Position numbers and translations under genes: made by a program. The notes beneath the pieces are model-generated. The model worked only from the letters and a program-made list of their open reading frames with translations. It was not told where the DNA came from and ran no database searches. 64,000 nt of DNA, taken from the sequence record DRR723986_5346. One strand, written 5' to 3'. Numbering within the stretch: the stretch's first letter is position 1; each line of letters starts with the position of its first letter. Of this stretch, positions 30,766 through 41,296 are shown one piece after another.

Positions 30766-31131
30766 ATGGATAGCATTATAAGAGACATAGAGAAAGAATT
30801 CTCACAAGCGACTGAAGTACCAGCTTTTAAAGCAGGTTCAACTGTAACAGTAAGTTATAAAATTAAAGAGGGAAACAAGGAAAGAGTTCAGCAGTTTCAA
30901 GGAGTAGTTATCCAAAGAAAAGGTTCTGGAGCAACAGAAACTTTTACGGTAAGAAAAATGTCTGGAAACATTGGTGTTGAAAGAATTTTCCCTATTTCTT
31001 CTCCTTTCATTGAGAAAATTGTAGTGAATAAAGTTGGTGATGTAAGAAGAGCAAGAATTTTCTACTTCAGAGATAGAAGAGGTAAATCAGCAAGAATTAA
31101 AGAAAAAAGAAGAGCAGTTACTGAAAAATAA
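30766..31131 (+). CDS. rplS: 50S ribosomal protein L19
   Basis: [40 protein letters not shown]. Confidence 0.98.
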   Translation: MDSIIRDIEKEFSQATEVPAFKAGSTVTVSYKIKEGNKERVQQFQGVVIQRKGSGATETFTVRKMSGNIGVERIFPISSPFIEKIVVNKVGDVRRARIFYFRDRRGKSARIKEKRRAVTEK

Positions 31132-31155
31132 TTGTTTGAAATTCGAATACATTAG

Positions 31156-31191
31156 AATCCTGACAGGCTTAGCTTCGTCAGGATTTTTTTT
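31156..31191 (+). terminator. intrinsic terminator after rplS
   Basis: AATCCTGAC-N12-GTCAGGATT then T-run. Confidence 0.8.
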
Positions 31192-31197
31192 GTCCTG

Positions 31198-31626
31198 TTA
31201 TTCTGTTATGCGTGAAAGATAGAAAATACGTTCTTTCGAAAGTAGAACCAAAACTTCATCCTTTTTGATGTAAAATTCGGTTACTTTATCATACGTTAAT
31301 AATTCAGAAAATTCATGATCACAGCATAACTCTGTGCAGCTACTAAAGTAGGTGAAGGCAATTTTTGTTAATTTCTCACTGGCTTCAATAGTGTATTCGT
31401 TCGAACATTTATTTGTTTCAAGGTTATAGTCCACAATCCCTTCATTGAATTTAATATAAAAAGTGAAATCTTCTGCAGACGCGTGACTTGGTTGAATAAC
31501 ATCTCCGGTCATCACATCAATGATTTCATCTAGCTGCCATTTTCCGTTTAGCTGATTTTCCTTTCCTTGTGAAAACCCGATAAGTGAAAATAATACCAAC
31601 AAATTGAGGGCAATATACTTGATCAT
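31198..31626 (-). CDS. exported hypothetical protein (META/lipocalin-like)
   Basis: Signal peptide, LNGKWQL, CSNEY..CTELCC. Confidence 0.55.
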   Translation of the reverse strand: MIKYIALNLLVLFSLIGFSQGKENQLNGKWQLDEIIDVMTGDVIQPSHASAEDFTFYIKFNEGIVDYNLETNKCSNEYTIEASEKLTKIAFTYFSSCTELCCDHEFSELLTYDKVTEFYIKKDEVLVLLSKERIFYLSRITE

Positions 31627-33116
31627 AGACGTTGTAATGGAGTCTTAACGCCATCTACTAAGCTGTAGCAGGCCAATTTATCCTTAAATACAGATGATTT
31701 GAATACAGATTTATTCAATAGCATTCTTACGCATTCCTGAACTCCTTCAACAATAGAAGGGTGGGGGTGAACCAATTCGGCCAGCTCATCTATTCCTTGT
31801 TTCATTTTTATTAAGAGCGCTACAGCCTGAATAGCACTTGAGGCATGTTCACCAACGGCTCTCATCCCTAAAATTCTCATTTCATCATCATTAGTAACAA
31901 TGATTTTAAAGAATCCCTGTGTTTTACGCATAGCAATAGCTCTTGCCATTACAGAATAATCGAGTTTTACAATCTTAACAGGAATGTTCTGTTCTAAGCA
32001 TTGTTTTTCATTAATACCTACCGCCGCAACTTCGGGTTCTAAAAACATGATCGTACAGACATTATCATAAGATAAGCGATCAATTTTTCCGCCAAACATT
32101 CTTTCAACTGCATGTCTTGCTTCAATTTCGCCCATATTCACTAGTGCAATTCTTCCAGATACATCTCCAGCTGCAAAAATGTTCGGGATGTTGGTTTGCG
32201 TATCATCATCACCGATATGTCTACCGGTTTTCCCCATTTTAATTTTCAGTTCTTCCATTCCAATGTTTTTTAAATTTGGAATTCGTCCAACTGATAAAAG
32301 GGCTTTTTCTACTCTGATAATCTCCTTTTGTCCGTCACAGGTAATTTCATATTCAACTTCACCATCAATTACTTCCATTCGGTCTAAAGAAGCCTTGTGG
32401 TGAATAGTAACACCGTGTTTTTCTAAGTTTTTGGCTACAATTCCTGAAATATCATCATCCTCAAAAGGAAGGATGTGATCTCCTCTGTCTATTAAATAGA
32501 CCTTTGTTTTGCCAAAGTTGGAGAATATTGTAGCGTATTCACATCCAATAACACCAGCACCAACAATTACTAAACTTTTCGGGTAATCATCAATTTGATC
32601 AATTCCATCACTGGTCATGATTATTTTCTCATCTACCGCAATATTTGGTAATGTTCGCGGAGTACTTCCAGTACATATAGAGATGTATTCTGTCGTGTAT
32701 TCTTCTATTTCACCATCTTCTTTAGTGACTTGGACAGTATGCGGATCCAATATTTTTCCATGACCTCTGGAATAAGTAAATAAGTCTGCTCTGTTTGTTT
32801 TTAGCAATTTAATGTGACAAGAGTATTGGAATTTTCTTTCAAAAATGGCTTCTTCTAAAGTTTTCTTCACTTCGTCCCAAGTCAACTCAAATTTACTTCT
32901 ACCGATAGAAACTATTGTTTCGTTGACATTTTTAACCCTCTGGGAAAGCTCCCAAAGTGTTTTAGAAGATAACGCGCCATGATAAACACCAGCACCTCCC
33001 ACTTTAGATTTTTCTACTAAACAAACTTTTTTTCCAAAGTCAATAGCTCTCATGGCAGCAGCATATCCCGCTGGTCCTCCACCAATAACAACTAAATCGT
33101 ATTTTGATTCACTCAT
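31623..33116 (-). CDS. pyridine nucleotide-disulfide oxidoreductase class I family flavoprotein lacking the CxxxxC disulfide
   Basis: GGGPAG, GAGVIGCE, IFAAGDV, HPHPSIVE; GGAGVYHGALSSK replaces GGTCLNxGCIPSK. Confidence 0.85.
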   Translation of the reverse strand: MSESKYDLVVIGGGPAGYAAAMRAIDFGKKVCLVEKSKVGGAGVYHGALSSKTLWELSQRVKNVNETIVSIGRSKFELTWDEVKKTLEEAIFERKFQYSCHIKLLKTNRADLFTYSRGHGKILDPHTVQVTKEDGEIEEYTTEYISICTGSTPRTLPNIAVDEKIIMTSDGIDQIDDYPKSLVIVGAGVIGCEYATIFSNFGKTKVYLIDRGDHILPFEDDDISGIVAKNLEKHGVTIHHKASLDRMEVIDGEVEYEITCDGQKEIIRVEKALLSVGRIPNLKNIGMEELKIKMGKTGRHIGDDDTQTNIPNIFAAGDVSGRIALVNMGEIEARHAVERMFGGKIDRLSYDNVCTIMFLEPEVAAVGINEKQCLEQNIPVKIVKLDYSVMARAIAMRKTQGFFKIIVTNDDEMRILGMRAVGEHASSAIQAVALLIKMKQGIDELAELVHPHPSIVEGVQECVRMLLNKSVFKSSVFKDKLACYSLVDGVKTPLQRL

Positions 33117-33386
33117 CTACTCAATTTATAGAACATTGAATATAGCGATTTTTTTCATCCTCTATCCTAAAATTCAACTCGGATCTCTAAAAGAATCTTT
33201 TATAATATCCGAGTGATAATTATTAAAAATGTTTAAATTTTAAAAAAAATGTTCACTGTTGAACGCTCAGTAAATTCTGATGTTTTGAACTTAAGTTGTA
33301 ACCAAGATCAATTTTTGTCGTATAAATACGGTAGTTTATCAATTATTTTATATCTTTCGGAGATAAAATTAAGACTTTAGTCGCAA

Positions 33387-33971
33387 ATGTTGGCAGGAAA
33401 TCCAGTAGTTGAAAAGTGTAATGCACGGTTTCAGGAGATTTTTGGAGATTATAACAAAAATGCTTCAGGAAAGATTATCGTTTCGCATTTCGGTGAGTTC
33501 TCTCAGGACTTAGTTAACTCTTTGTCAACTAGTATCGAGGACATGATGCTCGAATCTGGCGATAAAAAAGGAGTTGTAAAACGTATGTTTAGCATACTTG
33601 TTGAAGGACTCCAAAACATCAGAATTCATGGTGAAAGAGATGAAGACGGAAATCAAGTTTCGTTTTTAATCGTTCTACAAAATGAAGATAATTACAAAGT
33701 TACTTTCGGGAATCTTATTAAAAGAGATAAAATAGACGGAATTAAACAACGTATTGACGATTTGAATAAAATGGACAATGCTGAAGTGAAAGAACTCTAT
33801 ATGGAGGTACTATCAAATGGTATTATGTCTCAAAAGGGTGGAGCAGGTCTTGGATTTATTACCATGTCTTTAAAATCTAAAAACGAAGTAGGTTATATTG
33901 CCGAAGAAGTTTCAGATGATTTAGTATTCTTCTCTGTTAAAATTCATTTAGACAGAGTCAAAAAAGACTAA
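33387..33971 (+). CDS. SiaB-family (DUF6272) GHKL-like protein kinase
   Basis: KRMFSILVEGLQNIRIH, FGNLI, KGGAGLGFI. Confidence 0.8.
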   Translation: MLAGNPVVEKCNARFQEIFGDYNKNASGKIIVSHFGEFSQDLVNSLSTSIEDMMLESGDKKGVVKRMFSILVEGLQNIRIHGERDEDGNQVSFLIVLQNEDNYKVTFGNLIKRDKIDGIKQRIDDLNKMDNAEVKELYMEVLSNGIMSQKGGAGLGFITMSLKSKNEVGYIAEEVSDDLVFFSVKIHLDRVKKD

Positions 33972-35113
33972 TCAATTTTTTCTTTTTCTAGTACAGAATT
34001 ATAAACTGCCTCATATTGAGGTAGAATTTGATCAATTGTGAAATTCAATGAATGATCGTAAGCCTGTTTTTTGAATTTTTTCATCATTTCTTCTGATTCC
34101 AAAATGCTCAATGCGTCTTTCGCCATTTTCTCAACATCTCCAACTTTGCTCAAATAGCCAGAAACACCATCTTTATTTACTTCAGGCAGCCCTCCTGCAT
34201 TAGAAGAAATAACTGGAACGCCAGATGCCAGAGCTTCTAAAGCAGCCAAACCAAAACTTTCAGTCTCAGAGGGAAGTAAAAATAAGTCACTAATACAATG
34301 TATTTCTTGAGCAGATTGAACATTGCCAACCATCTCAACATCTTTGCAAATTTGAAGCTCCTCACAGAGTTGTTCAATTTTAAAACGTTCAGGTCCGTCC
34401 CCTGCTAATAATAGTTTGGCTGGAATTTTATCCCTAATTTTTTTAAAAACTTTCACCACATCTTCAACACGCTTAACTTTTCTGAAGTTAGACATGTGGC
34501 ATATTACGCGTTCTCCATTTGGTGCTATCTCTTTTTTTCTTGCTAAATCCTCAGCTTTTGGCTCGGCACAGTAGGAGTCATGACCTATGAAATTGTGGAC
34601 CACCTCAATCTCTCGTTCAATTTTAAAATGTTTCAAGGTATCGTCTTTCAAACTTTGAGAAACTACTGTAACCGCATTTGAATTATTAATGCTGAAGGTA
34701 ATCACCGGTTCAAAAGAAGGGTGCTTACCAACTAAGGTAATGTCAGTTCCATGTAAAGTAGTGACAAATGGAATGTCAATATTATGTGTTTTCAAAATTT
34801 GTTGGGCGAAATAAGCTGCAGATGCATGTGGAATCGCATAATGTACGTGCAGTAAATCCAGTCCTTCATATCGCGTAACATCTACCAATTTACTTGTTAA
34901 GGCAAGCTCATAGGGTTGATAATCAAATAAAGGATAATGAAATGGTCTTACTTCATGATATCTAATGTTCGGATGAAAATGATCTAAACGAACAGGTTGA
35001 TTATAGGAAATGAAATGAATTTCATGACCTTTAAGTGCTAATGCTTTTCCTAATTCAGTTGCAACAACGCCACTTCCCCCGAAAGTTGGGTACAATACAA
35101 TTCCTATTTTCAT
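33968..35113 (-). CDS. bshA: N-acetyl-alpha-D-glucosaminyl L-malate synthase (bacillithiol biosynthesis)
   Basis: MKIGIVLYPTFGGSGVVATELG, LHVHYAIPHA, TTLHGTDIT, SNFRKVKR, ESFGLAALEA. Confidence 0.95.
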   Translation of the reverse strand: MKIGIVLYPTFGGSGVVATELGKALALKGHEIHFISYNQPVRLDHFHPNIRYHEVRPFHYPLFDYQPYELALTSKLVDVTRYEGLDLLHVHYAIPHASAAYFAQQILKTHNIDIPFVTTLHGTDITLVGKHPSFEPVITFSINNSNAVTVVSQSLKDDTLKHFKIEREIEVVHNFIGHDSYCAEPKAEDLARKKEIAPNGERVICHMSNFRKVKRVEDVVKVFKKIRDKIPAKLLLAGDGPERFKIEQLCEELQICKDVEMVGNVQSAQEIHCISDLFLLPSETESFGLAALEALASGVPVISSNAGGLPEVNKDGVSGYLSKVGDVEKMAKDALSILESEEMMKKFKKQAYDHSLNFTIDQILPQYEAVYNSVLEKEKID

Positions 35114-35197
35114 ATAAGTACAAAGATAATATGTCTCGTCATCATGTCAGACGAATTCATTCACTAAAAATTTCATTCAATCCGTTATTTTTTTGAC

Positions 35198-38134
35198 TTA
35201 TTCTGTAGCCAGGTAGATTGCCTCTTGAATATCCGTTCGAATATTTTCTTTCACGATTTTCCAGTTCATAGCGTCTGGGTAAACTCGGTTACTTAAAAAC
35301 ACATAAACAATGCCTTTTTCAGGGTCAGCCCAAGTGATGGTACCAGTGAAACCTGAATGTCCAAAACTGCTCAAAGAAACTTTATCGCAGGTCGGTCCAC
35401 CGTCAAGTGATCGAACAGGTTTGTCAAACCCTGCACCACGGCGATTACGCGGACAATATTGGCATCTAGTGAAATCTGCAATGGTATCTTTATCTAGATA
35501 ATTAACCCCGCCATAGTTTCCGTCATTAATGAGCATATACATTAAAGTCCCTAAATCAAGTGCATTAGAGAATAGACCGGCATGACCGCCAACTCCGCCT
35601 TGCATAGCTGCTCCCGGGTCATGAACATCTCCCCAAATTAATTGATCTCTAAAGGCAGTGTCTAATTCAGTAGGTGTAATTCTGTCTTTACTAAATCGAT
35701 ATTTAGGATGATAAGTCAAGGTTGAAAGCCCCATTGGTTTATAAAAATTATCAGCTGTATATTCATCTAGGCCTTTACCTGTCTGCTTTTCTACTATAGC
35801 TTTGATGAAGTAGTAACCCATATCAGAATATTTATAGGTCTTTTTTCTCAATGCTTGACGAGTGATACGTTCTAACATGTATTGTTCATAATCGGGAGAT
35901 ATCCATAAATTATCTGCAACACGATAAGGATGTGTTGCGCTCGAATCTTTTTGGTAGTATTCAGGATTTGGTTTTCCAGCCTTTACGGTTCTAACATAGA
36001 AAGGTAGCCATGGATGCAGGCCTGCTTGATGTGCCAACATTTCTCTCAGTACCATTTTTTCGTATCGCGTAGAATCCACAATTTCCGGCAAGTAATCACC
36101 TAGTGTTTTGTCAATATCAATTAAACTATCTTTTTGTAGTTTGATAAGCGTTATAGTTGTCGCCGCTATTTTCGTGATGGACGCCAAATCGTATAAATCA
36201 GAAGTAATCACTTCTCTTTTCTTATCATAGGTATGATGTCCAAATGCCTTGTTGTAAAATACGTTCCCATCCTTTATCGCAACAACTTGGCAGCCTGGAA
36301 AAGCGCCCATTTTTATTCCTGAATTACAGACTTTATCAATTTTAGCTAGATGCGTCATATTTACCCCTAATTCTTCCGGACTAACATGGCTAAGTCTAAC
36401 GGTTTTATCATAAGATAATCCAAGTCCTGCAGGATAGTCACTTGATGCCGTCACTGGTAATTTACCAACTGGATTAATCCCTCCGAAAATGGCTTGAGCA
36501 GCTGCATTGTTGGTATAGTCATTGTCTTGATAGGCCACTAAGATTGCTTCGGTTTCAGATAAATCTCCAAATTTGTCGAGCACATATGGGTTACCAAAAA
36601 CAACAGTCACCACTTCTTGATGTCTCGAGAAAAGTTCATGCCACCCAATTGATTGTCTTGTTATCCCAAAATTCCTTTTTGGAGAATTATTGGTTCTGTG
36701 AAATCCAATAATGATGCGATCATAATCAGCCATTTTCTGAAATAATTCATCTTCTTCTTGTGCCGACAAGGCTCTTGGAACTTGGATTTGTTCTATTTCG
36801 TTATACAACCTCATGGTCTTGTAAAACTCATTGTTTTCAACTCCTCCTATGTTAAGATAAACTGTTTTTTTGGTGTCGAGATTGGCGAGTGGCAGCGCGT
36901 TGTTTTTATTTTGAATCAAGGTAATAGACTGTTTCGCGATTTTTCTGTTCAACACATCCGTTTCAACTGGATTCAATAGCTCAATCAAATTTTTGGTTTG
37001 AATGGGTTGATAATTATCCAAACCTGCCCATTCTTTTGCTTTCAAAATTCTCAAGCATCTTTCATTGATGTCTTCCTCAGTTAAATCTCCAGATGCTAAT
37101 GCTGCTTTTATCTTCTTAATTGCTACCGGAACATCTAATGGAAAAAGTAAGACGTCATTCCCTGCCATTATAGCTTTCACATCTACTTCTCCAGGTTCAT
37201 AATAAGATGAAACGCCCTTCATATTTAGGGCATCAGTAAAAATTAAGCCCTCAAATCCTAAACTGTCTTTTAATAAATCGGTAACGATTTTTGGAGATAA
37301 AGTTGATGCTTGGTTTTCAGTATTATCAAGAGCCGGAATGTAAAGATGCGCAATCATCATGCTCGCTAGCTTGTTTTGAATAAGCTCTTTGAATGGATAT
37401 AGTTCAATTGAATCAAGACGTGCTAAATCATGAGGGATGGTTGGTAATGATTTATGTGAATCCATGTCCGTATCACCGTGGCCAGGGAAGTGTTTTCCGC
37501 ATGCCAACACCCGTTGTTCTTGCATGCCGTTCATATAGGCAATACCGAATTCAGCTACCATTTCTTTAATCTCTCCAAAAGATCGATTATTAATTACCGG
37601 ATTCTTGGCATTATTATTCACATCAATTACCGGTGCGAAATTGATGTGAATTCCCATCAATTTACATTGTTGACCAATTTGTCGCCCCATTTCATAAATT
37701 AACTGATCGTCAGGTAGCGCTCCTAGCATCATTTGCCTTGGATATTGCACAGTAGAATCTAGTCGCATAGACAATCCCCATTCACCGTCAATAGCTATAA
37801 ACAGGGGAGTTTTGGATTTTTTTTGAAAAGCATTGGTCAATTTAGCTTGTTTAATAGGACTTCCTTTAAAAAAGATGAGTCCTCCTATGTGATGATCAGT
37901 AATTAGTTTGTTCAAAGCTGCGTAATGATCTGCTCCCTTGCTCGAATAAGCAGCTACCATAAATAGTTGCCCAATTTTTTCAACCAAAGTCATTGTCGCC
38001 AAAACAGAGTCGGCCCAAGGCGTTTTTTTTGATAAAAATTCGGGCTGATTTTGATTATTCGCTGAAATGTTATTCTGACCGCTCGATAAAAGCGATAACA
38101 AAAGAAATAATGATAAAAGATGCGTTTTAAGCAT
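35198..38134 (-). CDS. GH3 beta-N-acetylglucosaminidase fused to a beta-lactamase-like serine hydrolase
   Basis: KHFPGHGDT..DSH, IFTDALNM; C-terminal ASITK (SxxK), YSD, GHSGFTG; signal peptide. Confidence 0.92.
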   Translation of the reverse strand: MLKTHLLSLFLLLSLLSSGQNNISANNQNQPEFLSKKTPWADSVLATMTLVEKIGQLFMVAAYSSKGADHYAALNKLITDHHIGGLIFFKGSPIKQAKLTNAFQKKSKTPLFIAIDGEWGLSMRLDSTVQYPRQMMLGALPDDQLIYEMGRQIGQQCKLMGIHINFAPVIDVNNNAKNPVINNRSFGEIKEMVAEFGIAYMNGMQEQRVLACGKHFPGHGDTDMDSHKSLPTIPHDLARLDSIELYPFKELIQNKLASMMIAHLYIPALDNTENQASTLSPKIVTDLLKDSLGFEGLIFTDALNMKGVSSYYEPGEVDVKAIMAGNDVLLFPLDVPVAIKKIKAALASGDLTEEDINERCLRILKAKEWAGLDNYQPIQTKNLIELLNPVETDVLNRKIAKQSITLIQNKNNALPLANLDTKKTVYLNIGGVENNEFYKTMRLYNEIEQIQVPRALSAQEEDELFQKMADYDRIIIGFHRTNNSPKRNFGITRQSIGWHELFSRHQEVVTVVFGNPYVLDKFGDLSETEAILVAYQDNDYTNNAAAQAIFGGINPVGKLPVTASSDYPAGLGLSYDKTVRLSHVSPEELGVNMTHLAKIDKVCNSGIKMGAFPGCQVVAIKDGNVFYNKAFGHHTYDKKREVITSDLYDLASITKIAATTITLIKLQKDSLIDIDKTLGDYLPEIVDSTRYEKMVLREMLAHQAGLHPWLPFYVRTVKAGKPNPEYYQKDSSATHPYRVADNLWISPDYEQYMLERITRQALRKKTYKYSDMGYYFIKAIVEKQTGKGLDEYTADNFYKPMGLSTLTYHPKYRFSKDRITPTELDTAFRDQLIWGDVHDPGAAMQGGVGGHAGLFSNALDLGTLMYMLINDGNYGGVNYLDKDTIADFTRCQYCPRNRRGAGFDKPVRSLDGGPTCDKVSLSSFGHSGFTGTITWADPEKGIVYVFLSNRVYPDAMNWKIVKENIRTDIQEAIYLATE

Positions 38135-38389
38135 AGTGAAAGCGTTTTTTAATCTTTTTTAAATGTCTGTTAATGTCCTAAATTCAATGCTTTGACGAAT
38201 TTATGAATAAGAAGAGGCATAAATCATACCATGGTACAACTTTTGTTCACTTCTTACTGTGGATGGACAGTGAATTAAGGTGAATAACTTATGGTTATTT
38301 TTGAAGTTAATCTCCTTATATTTGTTTTTCAAGCCGCTTTTATTATTTGAAAGGTTCTCGGATTTTTTCGAGATAAAAAAATTAGAATT

Positions 38390-38722
38390 ATGAATTGGAA
38401 CAAAATGTCACTTTTTAAGCTTCCGAACAGACACAAGCGGTTTGATTATATTCCCCGTTATTATGATCCCAAAAAGGAAGAGTTAGAAAAGAAAATTAAA
38501 CAGGCTGAAAGTGCAACTGATGCTAAAGGAAATTATCAACGCGAATTATCTTTTAGACAACAAACAGCTGATAAATGGGGGAATACAGATTTTAAAAGAG
38601 AAGCAATGAGATCAAATGTACGTTTGATTATCATTTTCGGAATAATTCTTTTTGCGGTTTTCTTTTTATTCCAATATCTTGATGTAATTGGAACATTTAT
38701 CGATAATAATAAGGGTAAATAG
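38390..38722 (+). CDS. conserved small membrane protein upstream of mutL
   Basis: HKRFDYIPRYYDP motif and C-terminal TM helix. Confidence 0.75.
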   Translation: MNWNKMSLFKLPNRHKRFDYIPRYYDPKKEELEKKIKQAESATDAKGNYQRELSFRQQTADKWGNTDFKREAMRSNVRLIIIFGIILFAVFFLFQYLDVIGTFIDNNKGK

Positions 38723-38725
38723 TTC

Positions 38726-40597
38726 ATGTCAGACGTCATTAAGTTACTACCAAGTCACATTGCGAATCAAATTGCTGCTGGGGAAGTTGTGCAAAGGCCA
38801 GCTTCTGTGGTAAAAGAATTAATTGAAAACGCCATAGATGCGGGAGCATCAAAAGTTTCGCTCGTAGCAAAGGACGGTGGAAAGACGCTGGTTCAGGTTA
38901 TTGACAATGGTTCTGGAATGTCTGATACGGATGCTCGCATGGCATTTGAAAGGCACGCCACCAGTAAAATAGCTAAGGCTGATGATTTGTTTGCTTTACA
39001 GACAAAGGGATTTAGGGGAGAGGCATTGGCTTCAATCGCTGCAATAGCGCATGTAACACTTAAGTCGAAATTGCATGATGCTGAATTAGGAACAACAATA
39101 ATTAATGAGGGTTCTAAAATTGTCAGTCAAGAGCCTGAGCTTTGCGCAAATGGGACTTCAATTGCCGTAAAGAATTTGTTTTATAATGTGCCAGCAAGAC
39201 GTAATTTCTTAGGGAAGGATACAACAGAGTACCGTAAAATTTTAGATGAATTCATGCGGGTGGCTTTGGTGCATCCAGAATTAGAAATTAGTTTTCATCA
39301 CAATGATGATGAAATTTATAACTTACCTAAAGCCAATCATAGACAACGAATTGTTCAGATTTTTGGTAAATCCTATAATGAACGTTTAGTACCCATAAAT
39401 GAGGAAACTGATATCGTGAAAATATCCGGTTTTATTTCAAAACCTGAATATGCGAGAACAAAACCAGATCAATCTTTCTTTTTCGTAAATAACCGTTTTT
39501 TTAAAGATCGTTATTTGAATCACGCCATTCAAAACGCGTATGAGGATTTAGTTCCATCACGAAAGTTCCCGCCTTATTTCATTTATTTTGATGTACCGCC
39601 ACAGTCAATAGACGTTAATGTGCATCCGACAAAAACAGAAATAAAGTTTGAAGAAAATCAAGCAATATATGCCTTTTTAAGAAGTGCAATTAAACAGGCC
39701 TTGGGTCAGTTTAACGTTGCGCCAACCATTGATTTTGAACCTGAACAAAGTTTTAATGTTCCAAAATTAAAAGATGGTGAAAGCGTGAAGATGCCTGAAA
39801 TTAAGGTGAATCCAGATTATAATCCGTTTAATAGTACAAAATCACCTAGTACAAAGTCATCTTCTAGTTCCAATTATAGTGGAGCTGTTGGCTCAAACGG
39901 CTTTACTAAAATTGTTCCAGACAAAAATGCTTGGGAAAACTTTTATGAGGATGCCAAGTCAAATGAAAAAAATGAGGATGAACAGCATAATTCATTGACC
40001 ATTTCGTCTTCAATGGATGAAGGAGAAGAGTCTGTAAAGATTGAAAAGAAAAAACCTGTACAGATAAACGAGAAGTACATCTTGAGCTCAGTAAAAAATG
40101 GTTTTATCTTAATTGATCAATACAGAGCACATTGTAGAATTATTTTTGATCAACTGATGGCCTCAGATGCAAAAAACGAAGTGCAAAAATTGCTTTTTGA
40201 AGAAAAGCTGAGTATTGAAAAGGCAGATAAACCTTTTTGGACAGAGATTGTTGATGCATTGAATGAATTAGGTTTTGAACTAAGGATAGAGGAGGATGAA
40301 ATCATAGTTTCAGGTCAACCGCACTTGTCTAAACAGCAGAACCCGGTTGAATTGGTTACTCAAATTTTTGAGGCCTATAAATTAACTGAACAAACTGAGG
40401 ATATTGAGATTAAAAGTAGATTAGCCATGTCAGTAGCTTCGGGTTTAGCGATAAAAGGAGGCACTAGTCTAGGTGTTGTAGAAATGGAGCATTTGATTGA
40501 TGAATTATTTGCTTCAAGTTCACCGCAGTTGTCACCGCATGGTAAAAAGATAATCGAAACCTTTAGTATGGACGAAATAATAAAAAGATTTAGCTGA
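38726..40597 (+). CDS. mutL: DNA mismatch repair protein MutL
   Basis: NQIAAGEVVQRPASVVKELIENAIDA, GFRGEALASI, DVNVHPTKTE. Confidence 0.97.
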   Translation: MSDVIKLLPSHIANQIAAGEVVQRPASVVKELIENAIDAGASKVSLVAKDGGKTLVQVIDNGSGMSDTDARMAFERHATSKIAKADDLFALQTKGFRGEALASIAAIAHVTLKSKLHDAELGTTIINEGSKIVSQEPELCANGTSIAVKNLFYNVPARRNFLGKDTTEYRKILDEFMRVALVHPELEISFHHNDDEIYNLPKANHRQRIVQIFGKSYNERLVPINEETDIVKISGFISKPEYARTKPDQSFFFVNNRFFKDRYLNHAIQNAYEDLVPSRKFPPYFIYFDVPPQSIDVNVHPTKTEIKFEENQAIYAFLRSAIKQALGQFNVAPTIDFEPEQSFNVPKLKDGESVKMPEIKVNPDYNPFNSTKSPSTKSSSSSNYSGAVGSNGFTKIVPDKNAWENFYEDAKSNEKNEDEQHNSLTISSSMDEGEESVKIEKKKPVQINEKYILSSVKNGFILIDQYRAHCRIIFDQLMASDAKNEVQKLLFEEKLSIEKADKPFWTEIVDALNELGFELRIEEDEIIVSGQPHLSKQQNPVELVTQIFEAYKLTEQTEDIEIKSRLAMSVASGLAIKGGTSLGVVEMEHLIDELFASSSPQLSPHGKKIIETFSMDEIIKRFS

Positions 40598-41295
40598 TGT
40601 TTAGAAGTATGTTTGCGAATATGCCCAACGTTGTAAAGAACCTGTTAATCATTAATGCATTGTTCTTCCTGGCCACTATGGTGATGGAACGTCAAGGAAT
40701 AAACCTGATCATTGAATTGGGTTTGTATTACCCGGATTCTCCAATGTTTAGGCCGTTTCAGCTGATGACACATTTCTTTATGCATGCAGGTTTTACTCAT
40801 ATTTTCTTTAATATGTTTGCCTTGGTTGTATTCGGTGGACATTTAGAAAGAATGTGGGGGCCAAAAAGGTTTTTAACATTCTATTTTATTACAGCTTTGG
40901 GAGCTGCTGCATTGCATATGGCGGTTCAAGGGATTGAAATCTATAATTTGACAGGCTCGTTTTTCCCAAATATTCAAGTCGGAGACATGGTTACCCCCGA
41001 GGGGCAACAAGCCTTTTTTAACATGATGATTCCAACAGTAGGTGCTTCAGGAGCAGTTTACGGAATAGTTGCTGCGTTTGCCATGTTGTTTCCGAATACC
41101 GAGTTAATGCTTTTATTTCCTCCTATTCCAATCAAAGCAAAATGGTTAGCCTTAGGGCTTGCAGGATTAGCTTTATATCAGGGTTATGTCAATAATCCTG
41201 GTGATTCAGTGGCTCATTTTGCGCATCTTGGTGGTATGTTATTTGGTTTTATTATGGTAAAGATCTGGCAAAAAGACAGTTCTAAATTTTATTAA
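40597..41295 (+). CDS. rhomboid intramembrane serine protease
   Basis: HIFFNM, VGASG, AHFAHLGG. Confidence 0.93.
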   Translation: MFRSMFANMPNVVKNLLIINALFFLATMVMERQGINLIIELGLYYPDSPMFRPFQLMTHFFMHAGFTHIFFNMFALVVFGGHLERMWGPKRFLTFYFITALGAAALHMAVQGIEIYNLTGSFFPNIQVGDMVTPEGQQAFFNMMIPTVGASGAVYGIVAAFAMLFPNTELMLLFPPIPIKAKWLALGLAGLALYQGYVNNPGDSVAHFAHLGGMLFGFIMVKIWQKDSSKFY

Positions 41296-41296
41296 A

